Numbered from the stretch's first letter, positions 10,966 through 22,191 are shown. The stretch: 64,000 bases of DNA from Salinivirgaceae bacterium (GCA_024405635.1 JAKSOL010000011.1:1-64000), one strand, 5' to 3'. Notes: generated by a model not told the origin, from the sequence alone. Program-made: numbers and translations.

Positions 10966-11388
10966 ATGAACGAAGAAAAGAAACATAGTTTTGACATCCG
11001 ATATTTAAAAATGGCTCGTATATGGGCCGAAAACTCATATTGTGTACGCCGAAAAGTGGGTGCACTTATTGTAAAAGACCAAATGATAATATCTGACGGC
11101 TACAATGGCACACCATCAGGTTTTGAAAACTGCTGCGAACTTGAAGACAACACCACAAAACCCTATGTGCTTCATGCCGAGGCCAACGCCATTACCAAAG
11201 TTGCCAAATCAAACAACAGCAGCGAGGGAGCCACTCTTTATGTAACAGCATCGCCTTGCATGGAATGCGCAAAATTGATTATTCAATCGGGCATTAAACG
11301 CGTTGTTTATTCCGACGAGTATAGAATAACCGATGGCATTGATTTACTAAAACGTGCAGGAATTGAAATAATTCAAATGGAAGTATAG
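10966..11388 (+). CDS. dCMP deaminase family protein (ComEB-like)
   Basis: SYCVRRKVGA, DGYNGTPSG, and the zinc motif HAEANAI...PCMEC. Confidence 0.93.
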   Translation: MNEEKKHSFDIRYLKMARIWAENSYCVRRKVGALIVKDQMIISDGYNGTPSGFENCCELEDNTTKPYVLHAEANAITKVAKSNNSSEGATLYVTASPCMECAKLIIQSGIKRVVYSDEYRITDGIDLLKRAGIEIIQMEV

Positions 11389-11390
11389 TT

Positions 11391-12992
11391 ATGAATCCTA
11401 AAAAAATATGGCTACCGGTAATAATTGCAATATCGGTGGTTTTTGGTATGTATTTAGGCCGCAACAACGCAAAAATGAATGCGGTCACCTCAACTAAAAT
11501 GCCAGTTACACGCGTTTATAGTAAAATTGACTATGCGCTTAAAACCATTGGCAAACGCTACGTTGATAGCATAAACATTAATGAACTTGAAGAAAAACTG
11601 ATGACCTCCTTAATGGAGCAACTTGACCCACACTCAACCTACATCAGTGCCGAAGACTTTGACGAAGCAAACGAATCGCTACAGGGCAATTTTGATGGCA
11701 TTGGTGTTCAGTTTAATATTCAAAAAGACACCATTTATGTGGTAAACGTTATAGCTGGAGGACCTGCCGAAAAAGTTGGTGTGCGCGATGGCGATCGTAT
11801 TGTTACCGTTGACGACACACTATGCGCTGGAGTAGGTATTACCAACGACAAAGTGATGAAAAAACTACGCGGTCCACGAGGCACTCAAGTAACCGTAGGC
11901 ATTAAACGCCGCGGCGAGGCAAACCTTGTACCAATCACCATCACTCGCGGACAAATTCCACTTTACAGCATCGATGCCGCATTTATGGTTGATGACGAAG
12001 TGGGATACATCAAACTTTCAAAGTTTTCGCGTACCACTTACGAAGAATTCCAACGCGCACTAATCAAACTTAAATCGTTAGGAATGAAACGCCTTTTGTT
12101 TGACCTACGCGGCAACGGAGGCGGTTACCTTGGTGCAGCAATAAGCGTTTGCGATGAATTTTTACCCAACGGAACCATGATAGTTTACACCGAAGGACTT
12201 AACTCGCCACGCGAGGACGCTCGTGCTTCGGCCCGACAACTTTGCGAAGGCATAGCCGTGGTTGTGCTGATTGACGAATTTTCGGCCTCGGCTAGCGAAA
12301 TTACTGCTGGAGCATTGCAAGACAACGACCGCGCTACCATTGTTGGACGCCGATCGTTTGGCAAAGGCTTGGTACAAGAACCTATCGACTTTAAAGACCA
12401 CTCGCAAATTCGGCTCACCATTGCCCGTTATTACACACCATCGGGTCGTTGCATTCAAAAGCCTTACGAAATGTCGGAAGAAGAATATGCAGCCGACCTT
12501 TTAAACCGTTTTGAACGTGGCGAATTCAGCGAACGCGATAGTATCCACATCGACGACTCAACCGAATACTACACAGCAAAAGGTCGCATTGTTTATGGCG
12601 GCGGCGGCATAATGCCCGACATTTTTATCCCAGCCGACACCACTGGCGTTTCGCCGTTTTACAACAAAGTAAACCGTAAAGGCATTGAGTATCAGTTTGC
12701 TATTGAATACACCGACAACAATCGTAGCAAAATGAGCAACCTTAAAACCGCTACCGAAATTGACAAATACTTGGGCAACGAACATATTTTTGACCAATTT
12801 GTTGAGTTTGCAAAAAAACAAGGTATTAAACCAACAAAATCCGACTTAAATATTTCAGGAGAACTGCTTGATACTCAAATACGTGCGTTAATTGCTCGCA
12901 ACCTAATAAACGACGAGGGATTTTATCCAATTTACCTACGCACCGACAAAACATTTACCGATGCAATAACAATTCTGAAAAACATTAAATAA
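11391..12992 (+). CDS. S41 family C-terminal processing peptidase (PDZ-containing, CtpA-like)
   Basis: LDPHS, GIGV (PDZ), [15 protein letters not shown] (catalytic Ser), FGKGLVQ (Lys), RYYTPSGR. Confidence 0.93.
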   Translation: MNPKKIWLPVIIAISVVFGMYLGRNNAKMNAVTSTKMPVTRVYSKIDYALKTIGKRYVDSININELEEKLMTSLMEQLDPHSTYISAEDFDEANESLQGNFDGIGVQFNIQKDTIYVVNVIAGGPAEKVGVRDGDRIVTVDDTLCAGVGITNDKVMKKLRGPRGTQVTVGIKRRGEANLVPITITRGQIPLYSIDAAFMVDDEVGYIKLSKFSRTTYEEFQRALIKLKSLGMKRLLFDLRGNGGGYLGAAISVCDEFLPNGTMIVYTEGLNSPREDARASARQLCEGIAVVVLIDEFSASASEITAGALQDNDRATIVGRRSFGKGLVQEPIDFKDHSQIRLTIARYYTPSGRCIQKPYEMSEEEYAADLLNRFERGEFSERDSIHIDDSTEYYTAKGRIVYGGGGIMPDIFIPADTTGVSPFYNKVNRKGIEYQFAIEYTDNNRSKMSNLKTATEIDKYLGNEHIFDQFVEFAKKQGIKPTKSDLNISGELLDTQIRALIARNLINDEGFYPIYLRTDKTFTDAITILKNIK

Positions 12993-12997
12993 CAACT

Positions 12998-14458
12998 ATG
13001 GAATACAAAGTAAAAGACATCAACCTTGCAGCTTGGGGTCGCAAGGAACTTGATTTGGCAGAAACAGAAATGCCAGGCCTTATGGCTCTACGCGAAGAGT
13101 ATAAAGGGAAAAAACCATTGGCAGGCGCTCGTATTATGGGCAGTTTGCACATGACCGTACAAACCGCTGTTCTTATTGAAACACTCACCGAACTTGGTGC
13201 CGATGTACGTTGGGTTAGTTGCAACATATTCAGCACACAAGACCACGCTGCTGCCGCTGTTGTAGTTGGTAAAAATGGTACTGTTGACAATCCCCAAGGA
13301 GTGCCAGTATTTGCATGGAAAGGCGAAACTCTTGAAGAATACTGGGAAAACACAGCAAAAGCTCTAGTTTGGCCCGACGGCAAAACAGCCGACCTTATTG
13401 TTGACGATGGCGGCGATGCTACAATGTTGGTTACTTGCGGTGCCGAATTTGAAGATGCAGGTCGCGTACCCGATTTTAATCCTAATACCGACTCGGAAGA
13501 ATGGGGCGTTTTTCTTGCAACTTGCAAACGAATTTTTGAAAACGACCCTAAACAATGGACACGCGCGCGTGCCACACTGCAAGGAGTGTCAGAAGAAACC
13601 ACAACAGGCGTTCACCGCTTGTACCAAATGGCTAAAGATGGTCGCTTAAAATTCCCAGCCATCAACGTTAACGACTCTGTAACCAAATCAAAATTCGACA
13701 ACCTATATGGTTGCCGCCACTCGCTTATCGATGGCATTAACCGCGCCACCGACGTAATGATGGCAGGCAAAATTGCTGTTGTGTGCGGCTACGGCGATGT
13801 GGGCAAAGGTTGCGCTCAATCGTTACGTGGACAAGGTGCTCGTGTAATTATTACCGAAATTGACCCTATTTGCGCATTGCAAGCTGCAATGGAGGGATAC
13901 GAGGTTAAAACCCTTGACGAAGTCGTTTCAATGGCCGACATTTTTGTTACCACCACAGGCAACACCAAAATCATATCGGCTGAGCAAATGAGCAAAATGA
14001 AACACCGCGCTATTGTAGGCAACATTGGCCACTTTGACAACGAGATAGACATGGCTGGACTTAAAAAGATTCCAGGCATTGTTCGCAACGAAATAAAACC
14101 TCAATACGACGAATGGATTTTTGCCGATGGCCACAGCATTTTAATACTAGCCGAAGGTCGTTTACTTAACCTTGGATGCGCTACTGGCCACCCAAGTTTT
14201 GTAATGAGCGCCAGCTTTACCAACCAAACAATTGCACAAATCGATTTGTGGCTAAACGCAACAGGAAAACAAACAATGGCAGGCATTAAATACGACAAAG
14301 GCGTAGTTTACACTTTGCCAAAAATTCTTGACGAAAAAGTTGCTCGCCTTCACTTAGGCAAACTTGGCGTGCACCTAACCACTTTAACAAAAGCCCAAGC
14401 CGACTACATTGGTGTAAATATTGATGGTCCTTATAAATCCGATAACTACAGATACTAA
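12998..14458 (+). CDS. ahcY: Adenosylhomocysteinase (SAH hydrolase)
   Basis: [42 protein letters not shown] and GHPSFVMS motifs. Confidence 0.98.
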   Translation: MEYKVKDINLAAWGRKELDLAETEMPGLMALREEYKGKKPLAGARIMGSLHMTVQTAVLIETLTELGADVRWVSCNIFSTQDHAAAAVVVGKNGTVDNPQGVPVFAWKGETLEEYWENTAKALVWPDGKTADLIVDDGGDATMLVTCGAEFEDAGRVPDFNPNTDSEEWGVFLATCKRIFENDPKQWTRARATLQGVSEETTTGVHRLYQMAKDGRLKFPAINVNDSVTKSKFDNLYGCRHSLIDGINRATDVMMAGKIAVVCGYGDVGKGCAQSLRGQGARVIITEIDPICALQAAMEGYEVKTLDEVVSMADIFVTTTGNTKIISAEQMSKMKHRAIVGNIGHFDNEIDMAGLKKIPGIVRNEIKPQYDEWIFADGHSILILAEGRLLNLGCATGHPSFVMSASFTNQTIAQIDLWLNATGKQTMAGIKYDKGVVYTLPKILDEKVARLHLGKLGVHLTTLTKAQADYIGVNIDGPYKSDNYRY

Positions 14459-14499
14459 GCCGCACAACTTGCACTGCTGCCACATTTAGTATAACACAC

Positions 14500-14542
14500 A
14501 CCCCGATGCTTACTGCAAAACACAAAAGCATCGGGGTTTTTT
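14500..14542 (+). terminator. Rho-independent terminator after ahcY
   Basis: accccgatgctt / aagcatcggggt plus T run; a TACCTTTG promoter element for recF follows at 14544-14551. Confidence 0.8.
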
Positions 14543-14572
14543 ATACCTTTGCAACCACGAAAAAAACTAATC

Positions 14573-15676
14573 ATGCTACAAAAACTCTCGCTCACAAACT
14601 TTAAGAACTACAACACACTAGAGGTTGAGTTTTCGCCCAAAATCAATTGCATTACAGGCGACAACGGCGAGGGAAAAACAAACATTCTTGATGCAATATA
14701 CTACCTGTCGTTTTGCAAAAGTTTTTTTTCGTCAACCGATGCCCTAACAGTAAAACACAACGAGAACTTTTTCATCATTCAAGGCGAATACCAAATAAAC
14801 GGCGAACCTGAACTTATATACTGTGGATTTGAAAGCGGCAAACGCAAGCGATTTAAACGCAACAAAAAAGAATACGACCGAATGTCGGACCACATTGGGT
14901 TGCTGCCACTAGTAATGGCATCGCCACACGACACATCACTTATAATTGGAGGCAGCGACGAACGACGCAAATTTATCGATGGCATAATTTGCCAGTTTGA
15001 TCACGACTATCTATACCACTACCAGTCGTACCAACGAGTACTTGCACAACGTAACCACATGCTTCGCGAAGCATCAAACTATTCACCAGTTGATAACGAT
15101 ATGCTACAAATATACGACGAGCAACTAGCATATTCGGGAACCATCATCTACGAAAAGCGAAAGACATTCATTGCATCGTTTGAACCATTTTTTCAAAAAT
15201 ACTTTAGCACCATTTCACAAAATAAAGAACAAGTAGCACTCAACTACATAAGTTCGCTTGACGATGCTAACCTACTGCAAACACTCACCGCTAACCATGC
15301 AGTTGACATTGCAACTCGATACACCAATTTTGGTGTGCACAAAGACGACCTTGAACTGAAAATGGGCGAGCAACTAATACGCAAAACAGGCTCACAAGGG
15401 CAACAAAAAACCTATCTCATTGCACTCAAGTTGGCCCAGTTTGAATACATACGCCAACAATGCCAAACAATGCCCATTTTGCTACTCGATGATATTTTTG
15501 ACAAACTTGACGACAAACGCGTAAACCAAATTGTTCGCATTGTAGCTCAAAACAACTTTGGACAAATATTTATCACCGACACTAGCCGCGAACGCATCAG
15601 CAATATTTTACAACAAATTGAACAACCACACCGCCACTTCCATTTGTCAAACAACAACCTAGCAGTAATTGAATGA
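14573..15676 (+). CDS. recF: DNA replication and repair protein RecF
   Basis: NFKNY, Walker A GDNGEGKTN, GVHKDDL, GSQGQQK, Walker B LLLDDIFDKLD. Confidence 0.95.
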   Translation: MLQKLSLTNFKNYNTLEVEFSPKINCITGDNGEGKTNILDAIYYLSFCKSFFSSTDALTVKHNENFFIIQGEYQINGEPELIYCGFESGKRKRFKRNKKEYDRMSDHIGLLPLVMASPHDTSLIIGGSDERRKFIDGIICQFDHDYLYHYQSYQRVLAQRNHMLREASNYSPVDNDMLQIYDEQLAYSGTIIYEKRKTFIASFEPFFQKYFSTISQNKEQVALNYISSLDDANLLQTLTANHAVDIATRYTNFGVHKDDLELKMGEQLIRKTGSQGQQKTYLIALKLAQFEYIRQQCQTMPILLLDDIFDKLDDKRVNQIVRIVAQNNFGQIFITDTSRERISNILQQIEQPHRHFHLSNNNLAVIE

Positions 15677-15963
15677 AACGACAGAACGGAATGAAACTTG
15701 CCGATGCACTACAATTCTTTGCACAAGAAATGCAAATGACTGGCAAGATTGAAGACACGCAAATAATTAATTACTGGCGCACTATGGCAGGTAATAACAT
15801 AAATGCCAAGGTAAAAAACGTATATATAAAAGATAAAAAGTTAGTAGTTACAATGAATTCGTCGGCAGCAAAAAAAGAGCTTTCATACATGAAACTTGAA
15901 ATGCTTGAAAAGCTTAACGAAACGTACGGCGAATCAACAATTGATGAAATAATCTTAAAATAG
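15673..15963 (+). CDS. DUF721/DciA family protein
   Basis: Overlaps the recF stop (ATGA); W..MAG..I...KLVV..SSAAKKEL pattern; usual position after recF. Confidence 0.8.
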   Translation: MKRQNGMKLADALQFFAQEMQMTGKIEDTQIINYWRTMAGNNINAKVKNVYIKDKKLVVTMNSSAAKKELSYMKLEMLEKLNETYGESTIDEIILK

Positions 15964-15972
15964 TTGCAAATG

Positions 15973-16002
15973 TTTGCTAATTAACGATTTTTGTTACTTT
16001 TG
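15973..16002 (+). promoter_or_regulatory. Bacteroidota sigma-A promoter (-33 TTTG, -7 TACTTTTG)
   Basis: tttg at 15973-76 and tacttttg at 15995-16002, upstream of the TPR lipoprotein. Confidence 0.6.
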
Positions 16003-16094
16003 ACAACTTGAATTGAGTAGGCAAACAACAACGCAAGTTGCTTACCATCAATCACGAAGACAGTTTAAATAAATAATCAACTAATTGAACAATT

Positions 16095-17837
16095 ATGAGA
16101 AAAGGTAAATTTCTAGCAGTTGCATCATTGGCTGTATTGCTTTCAGCATGCGGTGGAATGAGCAAAATGGCAAAAATGGCTTCAGACGTACAGTATGAAG
16201 TACTACCAAAAGTATTGGAGTTACACGGCGATAGCGTAGCTCTTAAAGTAAACGTTACTTTCCCTCCAAAGTATTTCCAAAAAACAGCAACACTTGAGGT
16301 AACCCCAGTGTTGAGATACGAAGGTGGCGAAGTTGCATTCCAAAGCATGACACTTCAAGGTGAATCAGTTCAAGCAAACAACAAAGTTGTATCATACGAC
16401 AACGGTGGAACTTTCACTTTTGAATCAAAAGTTAAATTTGAAGAGGCTATGCGTAAATCTGAATTGTATGCAAGCCTAAAAGCAAGCATCAAAGACGAGT
16501 CAGAAGTATTGCCAGAGCAAAAAGTTGCAGACGGTGTAATGTCAACCGCATTGCTACTTGACAACAAAGCATTGGCTATTCCAGCTGCTGACAAATTCAT
16601 GCGTGTAACCGAAGACACCAAAGGTGCTACCATCTTCTTCGTTATCAACCAAGCTAGCATTGCTAACAAAGAGTTGAAAAAAGAAGAGTTGGCTCAACTA
16701 CAAAACTACATTAAGAGCGTTGCAGCTAACGACCGTATGGAGTTCAAAGGCATTGAAATCAAAGCTTTTGCTTCACCTGACGGCGAAGAGTCGCTTAACG
16801 ACAAATTGGCTGCAAACCGTATGAAAAACTCTGATTCTTACTTCAAAAACCAATTGAAAAAATCTAAAATCAAATTGGCTGACTCAGTAAACGTATCTTC
16901 ATCTTCATTGGCTGAGGACTGGGACGGTTTCAAAACTTTGATGCAAGAATCTGACATTCAAGACAAAGAACTTATTCTTCGCGTTCTTTCAATGTACTCT
17001 GATCCTGTAGTACGCGAGCGTGAGATTAAAAACATTGCAGCTGCTTACGAAGAGGTAGCTGACAAAATCCTTCCACAACTTCGTCGTTCACAACTATCAG
17101 TAAACGTTGCAGTTATTGGTCACTCTGACGAGGAAATTAAAGAGTTGATTGCAAATGGTTCTGAAGATTTGACAGTTGAGGAATTGCTTTACGCTGCTAC
17201 TCTAGCAAGCGACAACAACGAAAAACTTTCAATCTACGAAAAAGCTGCTGCTAAATTTGGCGACGACTGGAGAACCAACAACAACGTAGGTTACATTAAC
17301 TACGAAATGGGTAACCTAGCTGCTGCTAAAGCTGCATTTGAAAAAGCAAAAGAGGCTGATGCTAGCAACACTACCGTATTGAACAACTTAGGTTGCATCG
17401 CTATGATGGAAGGTGACTACGCTGCTGCTAATGACTTCTTTACCGCTGCTGCTGGTGCAGGTCCACAAGTTAGCAACAACCAAGGTATTCTTGCAACCAA
17501 ACAAGGCGACTATGAAAAAGCTATCAACTTGTTTGTAAGCAGCAAAGAAAACACATTCAACTGGGCTCTTGCTAAATTGTTGAACTACTCAAATACCAAA
17601 AACACTGACGTATATGACGCTTCACTTGGTATCCTTGACAAAATTGAGGATCAATCAAGCGCAAAAATCCCATACTTGAAAGCTGTTATCTGCGCTCGCA
17701 AACAAGATTCAGAGGGCATGCTTAACAACCTTCGTGCAGCTGTTGAAAAAGACAACTCACTTGGTGCTTACGCAGCAAAAGATATTGAGTTCGCTCAATT
17801 TGCTGACCAAGCAGCTTTCCAAGAGATTGCTAAATAA
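16095..17837 (+). CDS. Lipoprotein with OmpA-like domain and C-terminal TPR repeats
   Basis: Lipobox LLSA-C; FASPDG, EDWDGF and LPQLRR (OmpA-like/DUF3868-type); TPR-like NNVGYI..AKAAFEKA and LNNLGCI. Confidence 0.75.
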   Translation: MRKGKFLAVASLAVLLSACGGMSKMAKMASDVQYEVLPKVLELHGDSVALKVNVTFPPKYFQKTATLEVTPVLRYEGGEVAFQSMTLQGESVQANNKVVSYDNGGTFTFESKVKFEEAMRKSELYASLKASIKDESEVLPEQKVADGVMSTALLLDNKALAIPAADKFMRVTEDTKGATIFFVINQASIANKELKKEELAQLQNYIKSVAANDRMEFKGIEIKAFASPDGEESLNDKLAANRMKNSDSYFKNQLKKSKIKLADSVNVSSSSLAEDWDGFKTLMQESDIQDKELILRVLSMYSDPVVREREIKNIAAAYEEVADKILPQLRRSQLSVNVAVIGHSDEEIKELIANGSEDLTVEELLYAATLASDNNEKLSIYEKAAAKFGDDWRTNNNVGYINYEMGNLAAAKAAFEKAKEADASNTTVLNNLGCIAMMEGDYAAANDFFTAAAGAGPQVSNNQGILATKQGDYEKAINLFVSSKENTFNWALAKLLNYSNTKNTDVYDASLGILDKIEDQSSAKIPYLKAVICARKQDSEGMLNNLRAAVEKDNSLGAYAAKDIEFAQFADQAAFQEIAK

Positions 17838-17855
17838 GTAAACTCTTATTCATAT

Positions 17856-17886
17856 AAAAAAAGGCAGCCTTAGGGTTGCCTTTTTT
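17856..17886 (+). terminator. Rho-independent terminator (potentially bidirectional)
   Basis: aaaaaaaggcagcc-tta-gggttgcctttttt. Confidence 0.85.
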
Positions 17887-17939
17887 ATTGTTACTACTTA
17901 CATTTACTATATTTCTTAACCTCAACTAATTATTTGCAA

Positions 17940-18785
17940 ATGCGCCGTTTACTGATACTGCTTTGGCTTGTTGCAACAACTATTACGTGCCATGCCCAAG
18001 ACTTGCTTGTTACTGCATCAGGCGACTCAATAAACTGCCAAGTTGTAAAAGTTGCACTCGATTCTGTACAATTCAGTTTTGTACGCGGGAGCAAAGAGTA
18101 TATGGCTTTAATTCCTTTTGATCGTGTTGCAAAAATTGACCGAGGTTATTACACATGGCTTGACTCAATTAATTCCAGTGCCACTAACACCTATTATGAA
18201 CTTTATATTGAACCAATAAGTTTCTCTGCTTCTGCATCTTTTGGCATTGGTTATGCCGCTGGTGAAACAGGAGCAAAAGTGTCGAATGTGGTTTCGAAAA
18301 AACTGAAAATGGGTATAGTCTATTCGGCAAACGCTGTGTATTATTTTTCCCATCACGGAATTTGTGTTAGCATGATACAATATGCCTCATTATGCAAGAG
18401 TTGCAAATTGCGCAAAAAATTTATGGGAATTGGCTACTCGTACCGCGACTACATTAATACAGATACAAAAAGGTTTTTGTGGTTTGCTGATGCATATGTT
18501 GGTGTTGCTAATTTGAAAATAAACAACACTCGCGGCACATATAGCGAAGAAATAACCGGTTCTAATGTTGGTTTTAGTGCCAACGTTGGATTTGAAACTA
18601 AAGTATTTTGGCGCTTTAACGTTGGTGGAAAAATAAACGCAACAACAGCATATCTCTCAAAAATTGAAAAGTCGTACGCCGATAATAACAAATTTTATTT
18701 CCCCGAAACCAAAGAACTTGGCAAAAACAACCGCATAAACCTTTCACACTTCGATTTGTGCGCGTTCATTCGGTTTGAACTATAG
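17940..18785 (+). CDS. Putative outer-membrane beta-barrel protein (paralog 1)
   Basis: Signal peptide; AQDLLVTASGDSINC; amphipathic beta-strands; aromatic C-terminus AFIRFEL. Confidence 0.6.
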   Translation: MRRLLILLWLVATTITCHAQDLLVTASGDSINCQVVKVALDSVQFSFVRGSKEYMALIPFDRVAKIDRGYYTWLDSINSSATNTYYELYIEPISFSASASFGIGYAAGETGAKVSNVVSKKLKMGIVYSANAVYYFSHHGICVSMIQYASLCKSCKLRKKFMGIGYSYRDYINTDTKRFLWFADAYVGVANLKINNTRGTYSEEITGSNVGFSANVGFETKVFWRFNVGGKINATTAYLSKIEKSYADNNKFYFPETKELGKNNRINLSHFDLCAFIRFEL

Positions 18786-18876
18786 TCAAAAAGCAAACTC
18801 GTTACATCATGCTAATCTATTTTGTTGATGTTGATATCATTTGTAAATTGCCATCCAATCCAACTATTGAAAATTT

Positions 18877-19731
18877 ATGAAACACTTATTTTGTCTATTG
18901 GCTTTTGCTTTTTGTGTATTTACTACAAATGCCCAAGATTTGCTTGTTACCAATGCTGGCGACTCAATAAACTGCAAAATACTTAACAAAACCAACGACG
19001 AGATAATTGTAGAATTTGTTCGCGATGGACAAGTTAAAAGCACAACTCTGCCATTGGAGTATGTTTCAGTTGTAAACAAAGATTTTTATAGCTTGGAACA
19101 AAAAAACAACAAATCAGAATCTGCTACAAAGACAAAGCATCAGCATTTTTCTGTAGCAATTTCTTCTGGTTTAAACATTGACCTTGCCGCAATGGGCGAC
19201 GAAACGATTAACGAAGAGCTAAGGGACCAACTCATAAATGGGTTTCATATAGCAGCCAAAGCAGCCTACTACTTTAACAACTACATAGGCATATCAACAT
19301 CTGCTAGTAAAAATTATTCGTCGGCCGACATCAAATCATCATCGTTTAAAAGCAACCTACAAAAAAGTTTTGTTGGCGCTGGTGCTGCTTTTAGAATGCG
19401 CTTAGGAAAAGAAAGTCTTGGTTTACACTTATTTGCAAATATTGAAATGGGGGCAACTTTTCTCAATGAAAAAACAAATACAAGCTATTCAACAATCACC
19501 ACCAAAGCTTGCTCTTTTGGAATAAACGAAACCATAGGAGCAGAGCTACAGATAATAAAAAACCTGTACTTAGGGCTTCATATAGAGTCGTTATCTAGTG
19601 TATTCTTCACAACTGAACAAACAACCAATATAAATGGAGTTGTCACTACTGAAACAATAGAACTTGAATTAGACGATTACATAGCACTTAATAATCTTAG
19701 TATATCGGCAGGAATTCGCTACGCTTTTTAG
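18877..19731 (+). CDS. Putative outer-membrane beta-barrel protein (paralog 2)
   Basis: Signal peptide; AQDLLVTNAGDSINC; ends SAGIRYAF (BAM beta-signal-like). Confidence 0.65.
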   Translation: MKHLFCLLAFAFCVFTTNAQDLLVTNAGDSINCKILNKTNDEIIVEFVRDGQVKSTTLPLEYVSVVNKDFYSLEQKNNKSESATKTKHQHFSVAISSGLNIDLAAMGDETINEELRDQLINGFHIAAKAAYYFNNYIGISTSASKNYSSADIKSSSFKSNLQKSFVGAGAAFRMRLGKESLGLHLFANIEMGATFLNEKTNTSYSTITTKACSFGINETIGAELQIIKNLYLGLHIESLSSVFFTTEQTTNINGVVTTETIELELDDYIALNNLSISAGIRYAF

Positions 19732-19770
19732 TTGACCCAAAATGTGTGCCGGCATTTTTCTACTATGCGG

Positions 19771-19801
19771 TTTGAAAATCACAACAACGCTCTTATATTT
19801 G
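19771..19801 (+). promoter_or_regulatory. Bacteroidota sigma-A promoter for the SAM-I/metX transcript
   Basis: tttg (19771-74), 19-nt spacer, tatatttg (19794-19801). Confidence 0.7.
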
Positions 19802-19836
19802 CCACGCAAAACAAAAGGTCTAGGCCTTAATGTGAT

Positions 19837-19951
19837 GTTATATTGAAGAATGGAGAGATTAGGCTCGATGAAGTTCTAGCAACCTCTTCTCAACGAAGAA
19901 AAGGTGCTAATACCTAACCCAAAGCGGAATAGTCCGACAGGGAATTATAAC
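19837..19951 (+). ncRNA. SAM-I (S-box) riboswitch
   Basis: P1 gttata...tataac; P2 region ggagagattaggctcgatgaagttc; P3 tagcaacc...ggtgcta; P4 ccc...ggg; upstream of metX. Confidence 0.85.
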
Positions 19952-20152
19952 AACAGTTTGAAAATGAAAGACTTAACCACTGGCCAATTAAACTACTTTT
20001 CGGCCTACACAAAATCGTCGATGCGCCTATAGGTGCAGTAATCAATTAAGTTTCTTCAAAAAAAGCAACACACAACGTGTTGACGCAACTGCAAACAAAT
20101 TATGGTGCAGCTGCTAATTATTTATTTAAATCGGCAATATAAATATCAGAAT

Positions 20153-21220
20153 ATGAGTAGCATAAAAGACAAATACTTGACTCACGACAACGGCAAAAGT
20201 TTGAATTATTATACCACAAGCGAAGGACTAGACCTTGATTGCGGCGAGCATCTTGATGAACTTACTATTGCATACACAACATACGGCACCATGAATGCCG
20301 ACCAAAGCAATGTTGTGTGGATTTGTCACGCATACACCGCCAACGCTGACCCAATTGATTGGTGGCCTGGCATGATTGGAGAAGGCAAATACTTTGATCC
20401 AAACAAGTACTTTATCGTGTGTGCCAATATTTTAGGTTCATGCTACGGAACAACAGGACCATTGAGCATTAATCCAAAAACTGGCAAACCATACTACCGT
20501 TCATTCCCTTTGACTACCGTGCGTGACCAAGTTCGTGCTCACGAGGTACTGCGCAAACACTTGGGTATCAAATCAATATGGCTAATATTAGGATGCTCTA
20601 TTGGTGGACACCAAGCACTTGAATGGTGCGTTAGCAATCCTAACCTTATTAAAACGGCCATTTTTGTTGCTACAAATGCCAAAACAACACCATGGGTTAC
20701 TGCATTTAACGAAGCTCAGCGCATGAGCATTTTGGCCGACCCAACCTACCAAAACGACACACCCGATGGCGGTGCTGCAGGATTAGCTGCTGCTCGCGCT
20801 ATGGCACTTATTAGCTACCGCAACCGCGAGATTTACAATCGCACCCAGTCGGAGCCAGCAGCCAACAACGATATTCTTGACGGCTACCGCGCCAACTCGT
20901 ACCAACGCCACCAAGGCGACAAACTAGTTGACCGTTTTAATGCATACTCATACTACTCACTATCGAAAGCACTTGATTCACATAACGTTGGACGTGGCTA
21001 CGGCGATTTTAAAACAGCTTTGGGCCGCATCACCGCTCGCACGTTAGTAATTGGCATCGACACCGATATTTTGTTTCCTATTGATGACCAAAAAGCCATT
21101 CACGAGGGTATTGCAAACAGCCAAATGGAGATACTTCACTCCGACTACGGCCACGACGGATTTTTGCTTGAGTTTGAAAAACAAGTTGTTATGTACGACA
21201 AATTCTTGTTTGGCAAATAA
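20153..21220 (+). CDS. metX: Homoserine O-acetyltransferase (MetX family)
   Basis: WICHAYTA, CANILGSCYG, nucleophile GCSIGG, DILFP, YGHDGFL; downstream of a SAM riboswitch. Confidence 0.92.
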   Translation: MSSIKDKYLTHDNGKSLNYYTTSEGLDLDCGEHLDELTIAYTTYGTMNADQSNVVWICHAYTANADPIDWWPGMIGEGKYFDPNKYFIVCANILGSCYGTTGPLSINPKTGKPYYRSFPLTTVRDQVRAHEVLRKHLGIKSIWLILGCSIGGHQALEWCVSNPNLIKTAIFVATNAKTTPWVTAFNEAQRMSILADPTYQNDTPDGGAAGLAAARAMALISYRNREIYNRTQSEPAANNDILDGYRANSYQRHQGDKLVDRFNAYSYYSLSKALDSHNVGRGYGDFKTALGRITARTLVIGIDTDILFPIDDQKAIHEGIANSQMEILHSDYGHDGFLLEFEKQVVMYDKFLFGK

Positions 21221-21258
21221 AAATTCTGTTCAACATCAAGTAAATTAAATAAGGCACT

Positions 21259-21297
21259 AAGCCGGCAACATATACACTATAGTTGCTGGCTTTTTTT
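21259..21297 (+). terminator. Rho-independent terminator after metX
   Basis: aagccggcaac / gttgctggctt plus T run. Confidence 0.75.
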
Positions 21298-21351
21298 CTT
21301 GCAAATAGTTGGGGTTTAGTGTTCCTTTGCCGAGTTTTTAAACAACAAAAA

Positions 21352-22191
21352 ATGCTTCAATTTTCAACAAAAAAAGCCCTTGGCGAATACCTTGACCAAC
21401 AACGCCAATTGGGTAAAACAATAGGATTTGTGCCCACAATGGGTGCCTTACACGAAGGTCATGCATCACTTGTAAAAATTGCACGTAAAAGCACCGATAT
21501 TGTTACAGTGAGCGTGTTTGTTAACCCAACCCAATTTAACGACAAAAACGATTTGCAAAACTACCCTCGCACCGAGGAAAAAGATTGCCAATTGCTTGAG
21601 TCGCTTGGAGTTGATGCTGTTTTTCTTCCATCGGTTGACGAAATGTATCCCGAACCAGACACACGTGTGTTTGACTTTGCAGGAATTGACCGTGTAATGG
21701 AGGGCGAACATCGTCCAGGCCACTTTAACGGAGTAGCACAAGTGGTTAGCCGTTTGTTTGACATTGTTAATCCCGATAAAGCTTTTTTTGGAGAGAAAGA
21801 TTACCAGCAAATTGCTATCATAAAACAAATGGTGAAAACATTAGGCTACAAACTAGAAATTGTGCCTTGCCCAATAGTTCGCGGAGCCGATGGTTTAGCA
21901 TTAAGTTCGCGCAACGCATTGCTCACACCCGAACACCGCGCCGTTGCACCATTCATTCACAAGACATTGAGCCAAGTGCCAGCAATGGCAGCAACTAAAA
22001 GCCCTGCTGAAATATGCAATTGGGTAGTTGAAACCATCAATAGCCAACCATTGCTTGAGGCAGAATACTTTCAAATAGTTGACGATGAAACCATGATGCC
22101 TATAAACACATTTACAAAAGGCCGTAAATCGGTTGGCTGCGTAACTGTATGGGCAGGAAAAGTTCGTTTGATTGACAACGTTGTATTCTAA
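21352..22191 (+). CDS. panC: Pantoate--beta-alanine ligase
   Basis: GFVPTMGALHEGH, FVNPTQF, RPGHFNGV, FGEKDYQQ, ALSSRN, RLIDN. Confidence 0.97.
   Translation: MLQFSTKKALGEYLDQQRQLGKTIGFVPTMGALHEGHASLVKIARKSTDIVTVSVFVNPTQFNDKNDLQNYPRTEEKDCQLLESLGVDAVFLPSVDEMYPEPDTRVFDFAGIDRVMEGEHRPGHFNGVAQVVSRLFDIVNPDKAFFGEKDYQQIAIIKQMVKTLGYKLEIVPCPIVRGADGLALSSRNALLTPEHRAVAPFIHKTLSQVPAMAATKSPAEICNWVVETINSQPLLEAEYFQIVDDETMMPINTFTKGRKSVGCVTVWAGKVRLIDNVVF

Noticed and set aside
12960-12998. SAH riboswitch upstream of ahcY
   Set aside because: Only 5 bp separate the S41 peptidase stop from the ahcY start, and no motif was seen.
16017-16046. Hairpin gtaggcaa...ttgcttac in the TPR lipoprotein 5' leader
   Set aside because: A short stem with no recognisable riboswitch motif; probably a simple 5' stabiliser.
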